Source: an uncultured Candidatus Saccharibacteria bacterium (GTDB taxonomy: Bacteria; Patescibacteriota; Minisyncoccia; Phycocordibacterales; DATGWK01). From it: DNA of 58,201 bases. Location of the stretch: assembly GCA_964492195.1 (NCBI GenBank), contig CAZBJL010000005.1, positions 1 through 58,201 of the forward strand, written 5' to 3'. The notes under the pieces are model-generated. The model was not told the DNA's origin. It saw only the letters and a list, made by a program, of their open reading frames with translations, and made no database searches. Below are positions 43,531 through 52,595 of this stretch, piece after piece. The stretch's first letter is position 1, and each line of letters opens with the position of its first letter. A program made the position numbers and the translations under genes.

Positions 43531-46500
43531 ATGTCGAAATTTACACACCTCCACGTCCATAGTCATTACAGCCTCCTCAACGCTTTGCCCAAAATCCCCG
43601 ACCTTGTTGAAACAGCGAAAGAAAATGGAATGGAGGCACTCGCCCTCACCGACAACGGCAACCTCTATGGCGCAATCGAGTTCTATAAAGAATGCAAAAA
43701 AGGTGGCATCAAACCCATTTTAGGTATCGATGCGTACGTTGCTCCTCGAACTCGAGCAGACAAAGAACGCGGTATCGACAACCCTCGCCAGCGTTTGTTG
43801 CTTTTGGCAAAAGATGTTTCGGGCTACAAAAATCTCATCAAGATTGTGACTACTGCAAACCTCGAGGGCTTTTATTACAAACCTCGCGTCGACAAAGAAC
43901 TTGTCCAAACTCACAAAGAAGGTCTCATCGCTATTTCACCTGCAATGTATGGCGAAGTTGCAAGTGCGATTGCAAACAAAGATTTTGAAAAAGCCAAAAC
44001 GATCATTACCTTTTACAAAGAAACATTCGGTCCTGATCATTTTTATATTGAAATAACCTATCATCCAGAAATCGACGGTCATGAAGAAAAAATGGCAGGC
44101 GTGATTAAGATCGCAAAAGAAATGGATGTGCCGATCGTCGCGGCGCACGAAGTTTTTTATCTTTCGGTTAAAGATCGCCTTGCTCGCAACACCCTTGTTT
44201 CGATTCAAAATATTGATTACAGCGACAGGAACAACGGTGGCGGAGGTATCGGCGACTCCGAAGAAGATTTTTCTATGATCACACCAGCGCAAGCCGAAAA
44301 GTTTTTCAAAAAAATTCCGGAAGCACTTGAAAATAATGAAAAAATCGTCGGTATGTGCAACCTGGAACTCCAGCTCGGCAAATGGCTCTTTCCAAACATT
44401 GTCGTTAAAAGCGGGCTTTCGTATGACGACGAACTCCGACACATGGTCTATGAAGGCCTCAAACGCCGCGGAGTAATCGAGACTCCAGAGGCAAAAACAA
44501 GAATTGACTTCGAGCTTGGTGTCATTAAAGACAAAGGCTATGCGCCATACTTCCTCGTTGTGGCCGACCTTCTTGCCTTTGCCCACAAAAACCACATCCT
44601 CACGACAATTCGAGGTTCGGTTGCCGGATCTTTTGTTACATACCTTTCCGGAATTACAAACGTCGATCCGATAAAATTTAAATTGCCATTCGAACGATTC
44701 TTAAATCCCGAACGTCCATCTGCTCCCGATATCGACATGGACTATGCCGATAACCGTCGCGATGAAATGATTGCGTATGCAAAAGAAAAATACGGCGCAG
44801 ACAAAGTCGCCCAGATCGGAACGTTCGGTACGATGATGGCCCGTGGCTCTGTACGCGACGTTACCCGTGCACTCGGTCATCCATACATTTTGGGCGACAA
44901 AATTTCAAAACTCATTCCGATGGGTGCGCAAGGATTCCCGATGACTATCGACCGTGCAATGGAAGAAGTCGCCGAACTCCGCCAACTCTATAAAGCTGAC
45001 GCAACGGTAAAAGAAATCATCGACATGGCAAAAAAGATTGAAGGTTGTGCACGCCACATTTCAGTTCATGCCGCTGGTGTTGTTATTTCCCCTGTTCCTC
45101 TTACAGAAATCGTACCGCTTCAGTACGACACCCGCGAAGGCAAAGACATCATCACCCAGTACGATATGTATTCGATCGATGAAGAAAATGCCGGCCTCCT
45201 CAAATTCGACTTTCTTGGAATTAAAAACTTGGCGATTCTTGCCGACGCCGTTGCACTGACTAAAAAACTCAAGAACATCGACATTGATATTGAAAACGTT
45301 CAGATTGATGACAAAAAAACGTATGAAATGCTTGCTCGAGGTGAAACGCTTGGCCTTTTCCAGCTGAACGGCGAAGCAATGACGAAGTTCCTCAAAGAAC
45401 TCCGCCCGACAAACATCAACGACATCAACGTCATGATCGCCCTCTACCGTCCGGGTCCAATGCGAAACATTCCCGATTACATCAACCGCAAGCATGGAAA
45501 AGCTCCTGTCACGTATCTTCATCCAAAAATGGAAAGTTACCTCAAAGACTCGTACGGGATTTTGGTGTACCAGGAAGACATCATGTTCACGGCGCTCGAA
45601 CTCGCTGGCTACACCTGGAAAACAGTCGACAAACTCCGCAAAGCCATCGGTAAAAAAATTCCAAAAGAAATGGAAGAGCAGCATGCAGTGTTTGTCGACG
45701 GCTGTTTGAAATCTTCGAATATTCCGAAAGAAAAAGCCGAGCAAATCTGGGATTTGTTCGATCCGTTCAAAGGCTACGGCTTCAACAAAGCCCACGCCGC
45801 AAGCTACGGCAAGGTTGCATACCAAACGTCATACATGAAGGCGAATTTCCCTGCGATCTATATGTCAGCCGTCCTTACTGCGGATTCTGGCGACGTCGAG
45901 CAAATCGCCGAAATTATTTCTGAATGTAAACGCATGAAGATTCCCGTACTCGCCCCAGACATCAATGAAAGCTTTGGTGGATTTACCGTCGTGCAAGACG
46001 ACGCATCACAAATAGAGAAAATTCGCTTCGGGCTCTACACCATCAAAAACCTTGGCGAAGGCATTGCTGACACGATTATTACGGAAAGAAAGAAGAATGG
46101 AAAATTCAAATCTCTTTCAGATTTTTTGGATCGAGTGAAAGATAAAAATTTAAATAAAAAGTCTCTCGAAGCCCTTATTAAAACTGGAGCAATGGATGAA
46201 CTTGGCGAACGCGGCCAGCTTCTTGCGAATCTCGAAAATATTCTTGCATACAGCAAAGAAAAAACTGCGGGTAACGATGGACAATCCCTTTTTGGTTTGA
46301 TGGCGGACACCTCAAGTATCCCTGGCCTCCGGCTCGCTCCCGCTGAACCCGCAAGCAACCAAGACAAGCTGACCTGGGAACGCGATCTCCTCGGACTCTA
46401 CATTTCTGGCCACCCACTCGATCGCTTCAAAGAAAAAATCGCAAAGCTTGGCGGAGCAATTAACCAGACAAAAGAACACGCAATCGAAGGCAGCACGATC

Positions 46501-46734
46501 GTTATTGCCGGACTCATTGAAGAAGTGAAACCAATTTTTACAAAAAAAGGCGACAACATGATGTTCATCCGACTCGGTGATTATTCTGGAAGTATCGAAG
46601 CAGTGGTGTTCCCGAAAACTCTCGAAGCATACAAAGATGTATTCACTCAAGACAAATGCGTAGCCGTAAAAGGAAAAATTTCTACGCGAAACGGCGCACG
46701 AAGTATTGTAGTGGACGTTGCAAAAGCTCTGTAA
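43531..46734 (+). CDS. dnaE: DNA polymerase III alpha subunit
   Basis: PHP domain FTHLHVHSHYSLL, polymerase core and OB fold. The ORF-track start at 43291 is antisense to rnhB and was rejected. Confidence 0.95.
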   Translation: MSKFTHLHVHSHYSLLNALPKIPDLVETAKENGMEALALTDNGNLYGAIEFYKECKKGGIKPILGIDAYVAPRTRADKERGIDNPRQRLLLLAKDVSGYKNLIKIVTTANLEGFYYKPRVDKELVQTHKEGLIAISPAMYGEVASAIANKDFEKAKTIITFYKETFGPDHFYIEITYHPEIDGHEEKMAGVIKIAKEMDVPIVAAHEVFYLSVKDRLARNTLVSIQNIDYSDRNNGGGGIGDSEEDFSMITPAQAEKFFKKIPEALENNEKIVGMCNLELQLGKWLFPNIVVKSGLSYDDELRHMVYEGLKRRGVIETPEAKTRIDFELGVIKDKGYAPYFLVVADLLAFAHKNHILTTIRGSVAGSFVTYLSGITNVDPIKFKLPFERFLNPERPSAPDIDMDYADNRRDEMIAYAKEKYGADKVAQIGTFGTMMARGSVRDVTRALGHPYILGDKISKLIPMGAQGFPMTIDRAMEEVAELRQLYKADATVKEIIDMAKKIEGCARHISVHAAGVVISPVPLTEIVPLQYDTREGKDIITQYDMYSIDEENAGLLKFDFLGIKNLAILADAVALTKKLKNIDIDIENVQIDDKKTYEMLARGETLGLFQLNGEAMTKFLKELRPTNINDINVMIALYRPGPMRNIPDYINRKHGKAPVTYLHPKMESYLKDSYGILVYQEDIMFTALELAGYTWKTVDKLRKAIGKKIPKEMEEQHAVFVDGCLKSSNIPKEKAEQIWDLFDPFKGYGFNKAHAASYGKVAYQTSYMKANFPAIYMSAVLTADSGDVEQIAEIISECKRMKIPVLAPDINESFGGFTVVQDDASQIEKIRFGLYTIKNLGEGIADTIITERKKNGKFKSLSDFLDRVKDKNLNKKSLEALIKTGAMDELGERGQLLANLENILAYSKEKTAGNDGQSLFGLMADTSSIPGLRLAPAEPASNQDKLTWERDLLGLYISGHPLDRFKEKIAKLGGAINQTKEHAIEGSTIVIAGLIEEVKPIFTKKGDNMMFIRLGDYSGSIEAVVFPKTLEAYKDVFTQDKCVAVKGKISTRNGARSIVVDVAKAL

Positions 46735-46743
46735 GCAGGAATT

Positions 46744-46772
46744 TTGTAAGAATTACCCAAAAACGCTATAAT
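46744..46772 (+). promoter_or_regulatory. thrS promoter, -10 box 7 nt from the ATG (leaderless configuration)
   Basis: TTGTAA-17-TATAAT, then ttccctc, then ATG. Confidence 0.6.
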
Positions 46773-46779
46773 TTCCCTC

Positions 46780-48534
46780 ATGAATAATAAAACTAACATC
46801 GAGGCTCTTCGTCATTCCCTTGCCCACCTTTTGGCTGCTGCAGTCCTCGAACTCCACAGGGATGCAAAACTTACAATCGGCCCAGCAGTCGACAATGGTT
46901 TTTACTACGATTTTGAATTCAGCTCGCCTGTTTCTGACGCAGATTTACCGAAAATCACCAAAGCAATGAAAAAGCTTCTTCCTTCATGGAAAAGTTTTGA
47001 ACATGAAGAAGTTTCAGAAAGCAAAGCTCGAGAAATTTTCAAAGATAATCCGTACAAGCTCGAACTCATTGATGAGATTGTAGAAAAAGGTGAAAAAATT
47101 ACTCTCTATACTGCTGGAAAATTTACCGACCTCTGCCGTGGTGGTCACCTTGAAAATCCAGCAAAAGAAATCGACTCTGATGCATTTGTACTCGACCGTG
47201 TTGCTGGTGCCTACTGGCGTGGCGACGAAAAGAACAAAATGCTCACTCGCATCTACGGTCTCGCGTTTGGAACAAAGGCCGAGCTCGATGAATACGTGAA
47301 CATACGCGAAGAAGCTAAAAAACGCGATCACAAAAAGCTTGGAAAAGAGCTTGGTCTTTTTGTCTTTTCAGAATTAGTCGGAGCAGGCCTTCCTTTGTGG
47401 ACTCCTAAAGGCACCATCATGCGCGAACTCCTCAACGACTACGTCTGGGAACTCCGTAAGAAAAAAGGGTATCAGAAAGTCTCAATTCCCCACATTACCA
47501 AAAAAGATTTGTACGAAACTTCTGGACACTGGAGCAAATTTGCCGATGAACTTTTCAAAATCACCACACGTGAAAAGCATCTCTTTGCCATGAAGCCTAT
47601 GAACTGTCCGCATCATACGCAGATTTTCGCAAGCTCACCCAAAAGCTATCGCGATATGCCCCAGCGATACTGCGAAACAACGATGGTCTACCGCGACGAA
47701 CAATCCGGCGAGCTTTCCGGTCTTTCTCGTGTCCTTTCTATTACCCAAGACGATGCGCATGTGTTTTGTCGCAAAAGTCAGATCAAAGATGAAGCCTTTG
47801 CGGTCTGGGACATTATCGATGAATTCTACAAAGTGTTTGGTTTCAAAGATTTAAAAATCCGAGTCTCACGCCATGATCCAAAAAAGTTTGAAAATTACAT
47901 TGGAACTCCAGAAACATGGAAAGAGGCTGAAGACCAGCTTGTCGCTCTCGTTAAAGAACGTGGCATAACAGAATTTATCGACGGCCTCGGTGAAGCAGCA
48001 ATGTACGGCCCAAAGATCGACTTCATTGCCAAAGATTCAATTGGCCGTACGCTCCAACTCGCCACAATCCAGCTCGACTTTAATATGCCGAAAAACTTTG
48101 ACCTTACCTGCACAAATGAAAAAGGTGAGAAAGAACTTATTGTTATGATTCATGCCGCAATCATGGGCTCAATTGAACGCTTTATGAGTGCCTTGATCGA
48201 ACACATGGCTGGCGTTTTCCCGCTCTGGCTTTCTCCAGTGCAAGTAAAAATTCTTCCTATTACAGAAAATCATGTAGGCTACGCCGAAACAGTATTCAAC
48301 GAACTCAAGAAAAATAATATTCGTGTCGAGCTTGATATGACAAATGAAGGTCTTGGCAAAAAAGTTCGCAATGCGAAAATTCAGAAAATTCCATACATTC
48401 TCGTAATCGGAGAAAAAGAAGTTGAGGCACAAAAAGTTACTGTTGAAAGTCGAGACAAAGGCAACATCGGCCAGATGTCACTTTCAGAAATTTCTGAAAA
48501 GCTCCACAAAGAAATCGAAGAAAAAAGTTTGTAG
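46780..48534 (+). CDS. thrS: Threonine--tRNA ligase (no N-terminal TGS domain)
   Basis: Starts in the editing domain (RHSLAHLL, CRGGH). Class II core and anticodon-binding domain are present. Confidence 0.93.
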   Translation: MNNKTNIEALRHSLAHLLAAAVLELHRDAKLTIGPAVDNGFYYDFEFSSPVSDADLPKITKAMKKLLPSWKSFEHEEVSESKAREIFKDNPYKLELIDEIVEKGEKITLYTAGKFTDLCRGGHLENPAKEIDSDAFVLDRVAGAYWRGDEKNKMLTRIYGLAFGTKAELDEYVNIREEAKKRDHKKLGKELGLFVFSELVGAGLPLWTPKGTIMRELLNDYVWELRKKKGYQKVSIPHITKKDLYETSGHWSKFADELFKITTREKHLFAMKPMNCPHHTQIFASSPKSYRDMPQRYCETTMVYRDEQSGELSGLSRVLSITQDDAHVFCRKSQIKDEAFAVWDIIDEFYKVFGFKDLKIRVSRHDPKKFENYIGTPETWKEAEDQLVALVKERGITEFIDGLGEAAMYGPKIDFIAKDSIGRTLQLATIQLDFNMPKNFDLTCTNEKGEKELIVMIHAAIMGSIERFMSALIEHMAGVFPLWLSPVQVKILPITENHVGYAETVFNELKKNNIRVELDMTNEGLGKKVRNAKIQKIPYILVIGEKEVEAQKVTVESRDKGNIGQMSLSEISEKLHKEIEEKSL

Positions 48535-48543
48535 CAATGAAAA

Positions 48544-48565
48544 AGCCCCGGCACATGCTGGGGCT
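48544..48565. terminator. Bidirectional terminator hairpin
   Basis: AGCCCC-ggcacatgct-GGGGCT between convergent genes. Confidence 0.6.
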
Positions 48566-48578
48566 TATCGTTTCAAAC

Positions 48579-48737
48579 TCAAGGCGTCGCTTTGGCAGCC
48601 ACCTCTTCGACCGGGGTCTTGAAGGTAACAACTGCGGTGATCGCCAGACCAAGTGTAAGAAGAACGATGAGAACCGTATTCCTTCTCCTGATCCGACGAT
48701 TGCGCCTTCTTCTCTGCAGACTCACATACGAATGCAT
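48579..48737 (-). CDS. 52-aa Arg-rich single-TM peptide (orphan, below the ORF-track cutoff)
   Basis: AAGGAGG lies 4 nt upstream of the ATG. Sequence is MHSYVSLQRRRRNRRIRRRNTVLIVLLTLGLAITAVVTFKTPVEEVAAKATP. Promoter TTGACA-16-TATCAT lies upstream. Confidence 0.5.
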   Translation of the reverse strand: MHSYVSLQRRRRNRRIRRRNTVLIVLLTLGLAITAVVTFKTPVEEVAAKATP

Positions 48738-48841
48738 ACAACCTCCTTGTGTATTTTAGGACAAACGGTACGTCAGAAATCTAATATAATGATACCACTT
48801 TCGTGCAAATTGTCAATCTATATCCTCGAACGGAAAGTGCC

Positions 48842-50923
48842 TTAGATGTCGATTGTCGCCTTCTTCGCGTTTGACTGAATGAATGACTTTCGAGCTGGAA
48901 CGTCTGTACCCATGAGAATATCGAACACCTTGTCGGCTTCGATAGCGTCGTGCACAGTCACCTGCTTGAGGATTCTGTGTGCAGGGTCCATGGTTGTTTC
49001 CCAGAGTTCTTCGGAGTTCATTTCTCCAAGACCTTTGTAGCGCTGAATTGAAACCTTTGCCTTTTTCGGTTCATCAGAACCTTTTCCCTTACCTGTTTGC
49101 TGTTCTGATTCTTCAGTGTTTTCTTCTACGGCTTCCCCATCTTCACCTTCAGTAACTTCCTCTACCTCAAAATCATTTCCAACTTTCTTGAATTTTTCTT
49201 CATCACTGTATGCGTAGGAAATTTCTTTACCTTGTTTGATTTTATAAAGCGGGGGTTGGGCAACATACACAAATCCACCATCGAGGAGCGGACGGAAGAA
49301 ACGGAACAAGAGTGTCAAAATGAGCGTACGGATGTGGGCTCCGTCGACGTCGGCATCAGTTGCAATGATGATTTTGTGGTATCTCAACTTACTTACATCA
49401 AATGAATCGGCGATACCAGCGCCAAATGCGAGCACGAGATTTTTAATTTGCTCTGATGCGAGCATTTTGTCGAGACGTGCTCGTTCGATATTTAAAATTT
49501 TACCGCGCAAAGGCAAGACTGCCTGCGTGCGACGATCACGACCAGACTTTGCAGTACCACCAGCGGATTCTCCCTCCACAATCCAGACTTCGGAATCCTC
49601 GGCAGAAGTTCCTGCTTGGCAGTCTGCGAGCTTTCCCGGCAATGTCATGCCTTCGAGCGCACCCTTGCGGAGAACACCGTCCTTTGCGGCTTTAGCAGCT
49701 TTGCGAGCCTGGAGCGCAAGAGACACTTTGCTGATGATTGCACGAGCGTCTTCAGGATTTTCTTCGAGGAAATATGAAAAAGCTTCGCTGAAAATAGTTT
49801 CTACCATACCTCGAGCCTCGACGCTTCCGAGTTTTGCTTTCGTCTGACCTTCGAACTGTACCTCGCGGAGCTTTACGGAAATGACTGCAGTGAGACCTTC
49901 CATAACGTCTTCACCAGTAAAATTGTCCTCTTCCTTTCCATTACCACCGTTTTTCTTGGCGTATGTGTTGAGTGTTCGAGTAAGAGCAGATTTGAAACCT
50001 GTCACATGCGTTCCACCTTCGGAATTGTAAATATTGTTGGCAAAGGCAGTAAGACGACTTGAAACTTCGTCAATATACTGAAGTGCGATTTCGACTGTTT
50101 CGTATTCCTTTACAGCTTTTTCAACATAGAAAATATTTTTGTGAATTGGCTTCTGGGTTTTGTTATGAAATTTTACGAGTGACAAAAGTCCTCCTTCAAA
50201 ACAGAAAGATTGCGAAGGAAAATCCCCACCAATCTCGCGAACATAGAAAACTTCAGTAAAATCTGTGCCGGCTTTTGCTTCTCGCGCATCAATAACGCTG
50301 ATTCGCAAACCTTTCACAAGGTATGCCTGCTGACGCATGTGGTTTACGATTCGGTCAACTTCAAATACTTGTTTACCAAAAATTTCTTCGTCTGGTTCAA
50401 AGGTGATGATTGTGCCATTTTGTTTTGTTGAACCAACTTTTTTAACTGCAGCTTTTCTTTTTCCTTGACTGTATTCCTGCATGTATATGCCGCCGTCTTT
50501 GTGAACTGTTGCATTAACGTAAACAGAAAGTGCGTTTACAACAGATGCGCCGACACCGTGGAGACCTCCGGAAACTTTGTAACCTTCGCCGCCGAACTTT
50601 CCTCCAGCGTGAAGTGTTGTCATGATTGTTTCCAATGCAGAAACTTTTGTTTGTTTATGAATGTCGATCGGAATACCTCGGCCGTTGTCGGCGACACGAA
50701 CGCGGTTGTTAGGGAGAAATGTAACTTCAATATCATTCGCAAAACCACCCATGGCTTCGTCGCGGGAGTTATCGAAAATTTCTGTAACCAAATGATGGAA
50801 GCCGTCTGGACCAGTTGTACCAATGTACATTCCGGGTCGTTTTCGGACCGGTTCAAGACCTTCAAGAACCGAGATTTGATCGGCGTTATAGTTTGATTTT
50901 TTAGGTTCTTTTTCAGCAGCCAT
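48842..50923 (-). CDS. gyrB: DNA gyrase subunit B
   Basis: GHKL ATPase HHLVTEIFDNSRDEA, TOPRIM EGESAGG and PLRGKILN. The start was chosen at ATG 50923; the ORF track uses an upstream TTG. Confidence 0.95.
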   Translation of the reverse strand: MAAEKEPKKSNYNADQISVLEGLEPVRKRPGMYIGTTGPDGFHHLVTEIFDNSRDEAMGGFANDIEVTFLPNNRVRVADNGRGIPIDIHKQTKVSALETIMTTLHAGGKFGGEGYKVSGGLHGVGASVVNALSVYVNATVHKDGGIYMQEYSQGKRKAAVKKVGSTKQNGTIITFEPDEEIFGKQVFEVDRIVNHMRQQAYLVKGLRISVIDAREAKAGTDFTEVFYVREIGGDFPSQSFCFEGGLLSLVKFHNKTQKPIHKNIFYVEKAVKEYETVEIALQYIDEVSSRLTAFANNIYNSEGGTHVTGFKSALTRTLNTYAKKNGGNGKEEDNFTGEDVMEGLTAVISVKLREVQFEGQTKAKLGSVEARGMVETIFSEAFSYFLEENPEDARAIISKVSLALQARKAAKAAKDGVLRKGALEGMTLPGKLADCQAGTSAEDSEVWIVEGESAGGTAKSGRDRRTQAVLPLRGKILNIERARLDKMLASEQIKNLVLAFGAGIADSFDVSKLRYHKIIIATDADVDGAHIRTLILTLLFRFFRPLLDGGFVYVAQPPLYKIKQGKEISYAYSDEEKFKKVGNDFEVEEVTEGEDGEAVEENTEESEQQTGKGKGSDEPKKAKVSIQRYKGLGEMNSEELWETTMDPAHRILKQVTVHDAIEADKVFDILMGTDVPARKSFIQSNAKKATIDI

Positions 50924-51072
50924 GAGTTTTTCAAATGCGAAACCGTCCAAATACCTACGGACGGCTTTTGCAATTTAACCTTTTCTTTATAAGCCTATTT
51001 TACCAAAACTGACCCCATAATACAATGCCAAAATCCCCCAATTTTGGAGGTATTTTACAGGTCATGTTATGC

Positions 51073-51101
51073 TTGACAATATTTCAATACAATGATATGA
51101 T
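51073..51101 (+). promoter_or_regulatory. Sigma70-type promoter
   Basis: TTGACA-17-TATGAT. Confidence 0.6.
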
Positions 51102-51178
51102 AGTAACAGAAGCATCGAGAGGACATGGCGTCGAAACGCCATGCTTCGGTGCAAAACTCCATTTCACGGAGAGTATCA

Positions 51179-51312
51179 TGTTGTACGACCAGATGACATT
51201 GGAAGACACTCGGGCCTTCGATTACGACCTCAACCACGGATGGATGGTGTCGTTCGAGAAGCCGGTCCAGAAGGTGCAGGCCGGCCGCGTCGAGCCCTGG
51301 CAGCTCAGCTGA
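51179..51312 (+). CDS. 44-aa hypothetical protein (orphan)
   Basis: GGAGAG lies upstream of the ATG. A structured ~70-nt leader precedes it and a terminator follows. The longer 51025 start precedes the promoter. Confidence 0.4.
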
Positions 51313-51345
51313 TCCTCGTAACGTTTCAAAAACTTGAACATTCGT

Positions 51346-51375
51346 AGGCCCGCACTTTGTGTGGGCCTTGTTTTA
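51346..51375 (+). terminator. Intrinsic terminator
   Basis: AGGCCCGCAC-ttt-GTGTGGGCCT followed by TGTTTT. Confidence 0.7.
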
Positions 51376-51392
51376 TGTAGAGAGACTTACTT

Positions 51393-52595
51393 TTAAATAT
51401 AGCCCTTCGTTCCCTTGTGGAGCTTTGGATACACTGCATCGTAGAGTTCGTTCGCCTCCTTTTTTGTAAGTGTAAGGTCTGGATGTCTTAACACAATCGT
51501 AACGAGAATGTTGTCCTGTCCCACAGAAGCACCGAGTTTTTCGCGGACAATCGGAAGAAGGTCTTCGTATTTTGTTCGAGAGATTATTTTTACATTTTCC
51601 ACGAGATACGATTTGTCACCAAACGCGTCTTTTATTTCTTCATTTATATCTTCTTCGGTGAAATTCCCCGGTATGCAGTACGACATGTCTCGTGAGATTG
51701 GTGGCATACTCGAAACCTCTTTAAACTTTGAAGTATTCGTCATCTGCTCGGCGATTCGTGGTTCTTTAGAACGCAAATATCGTACGTCAGGAATTTCTTT
51801 AAGGGCCATCGTAAGACGATCGAGTCCGAGACCAAGCGCAAGACCAGAATAGATTTCTGGGTCAAAGCCAGCACCTCGCAACACTTCTGGATGCGCGAGA
51901 CCAGCTTCTAGAATTTCAAGTTCAGAGTTGTCGAATTTTGCATACACTTCGACACCATTAAGCGTGTATGGGTGAACAGCCTTGTAAATAACAGGTTGTG
52001 AGCCCGGTACCACAGCTTCGAAAATCATATTCACCAAGCCGAGTAAATCAGCGTCAGTTACGGGACCTCGTGTGCCATTTTTTCGAAGCGTCCACACGTC
52101 CATCTGATGAAAGACGTCGAGATGTTTTGGATCAATCACGTCACGACGATATACAAGACCTACAAAAATAAAAACGGTGTCAGGAATATCGCCGTTGAAT
52201 TCTTGATAAAAATTCTTGAATGTTTCAGGAACATTCGCGGACGTGTGCGTTCGTAACACATGATTTTCGTCTGTATAGCGTGTGTATGTCGACGCTCGTC
52301 CTGCGTTGTCGTATGGGAACAAGAGCTTATCGAAATTATCTTCAACAGACACGATTGGGTTAGCTCGAATGACTCGCATTTGACCAAAACCAGCGGCTTC
52401 GAGCCGAGTTTTAACTTTATTTAAAATAATATTTATTGCATGAAGCGGACTGTCGTCGAGCGTGAGATCCGTTACCGCAAGCGCTTTCTCTATCGCTTCA
52501 GGTGTAGAAACCTCGAATCGCAACAAATCGTCGTTAGGACGTTTCGCATTCACCGCTAATTCCGCTCTTTTTAATGCAGACTGTTCTTCTTTCAT
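51393..52595 (-). CDS. pheS: Phenylalanine--tRNA ligase, single-chain type (PheS-like catalytic core plus C-terminal FDX-ACB-like domain)
   Basis: Class II motif 2 YRRDVIDPKHLDVFHQMD and motif 3 GLALGLGLDRLTMAL. About 95 extra C-terminal residues follow (PPISRDMSYCIPGNF...). No pheT is adjacent. Confidence 0.8.
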   Translation of the reverse strand: MKEEQSALKRAELAVNAKRPNDDLLRFEVSTPEAIEKALAVTDLTLDDSPLHAINIILNKVKTRLEAAGFGQMRVIRANPIVSVEDNFDKLLFPYDNAGRASTYTRYTDENHVLRTHTSANVPETFKNFYQEFNGDIPDTVFIFVGLVYRRDVIDPKHLDVFHQMDVWTLRKNGTRGPVTDADLLGLVNMIFEAVVPGSQPVIYKAVHPYTLNGVEVYAKFDNSELEILEAGLAHPEVLRGAGFDPEIYSGLALGLGLDRLTMALKEIPDVRYLRSKEPRIAEQMTNTSKFKEVSSMPPISRDMSYCIPGNFTEEDINEEIKDAFGDKSYLVENVKIISRTKYEDLLPIVREKLGASVGQDNILVTIVLRHPDLTLTKKEANELYDAVYPKLHKGTKGYI

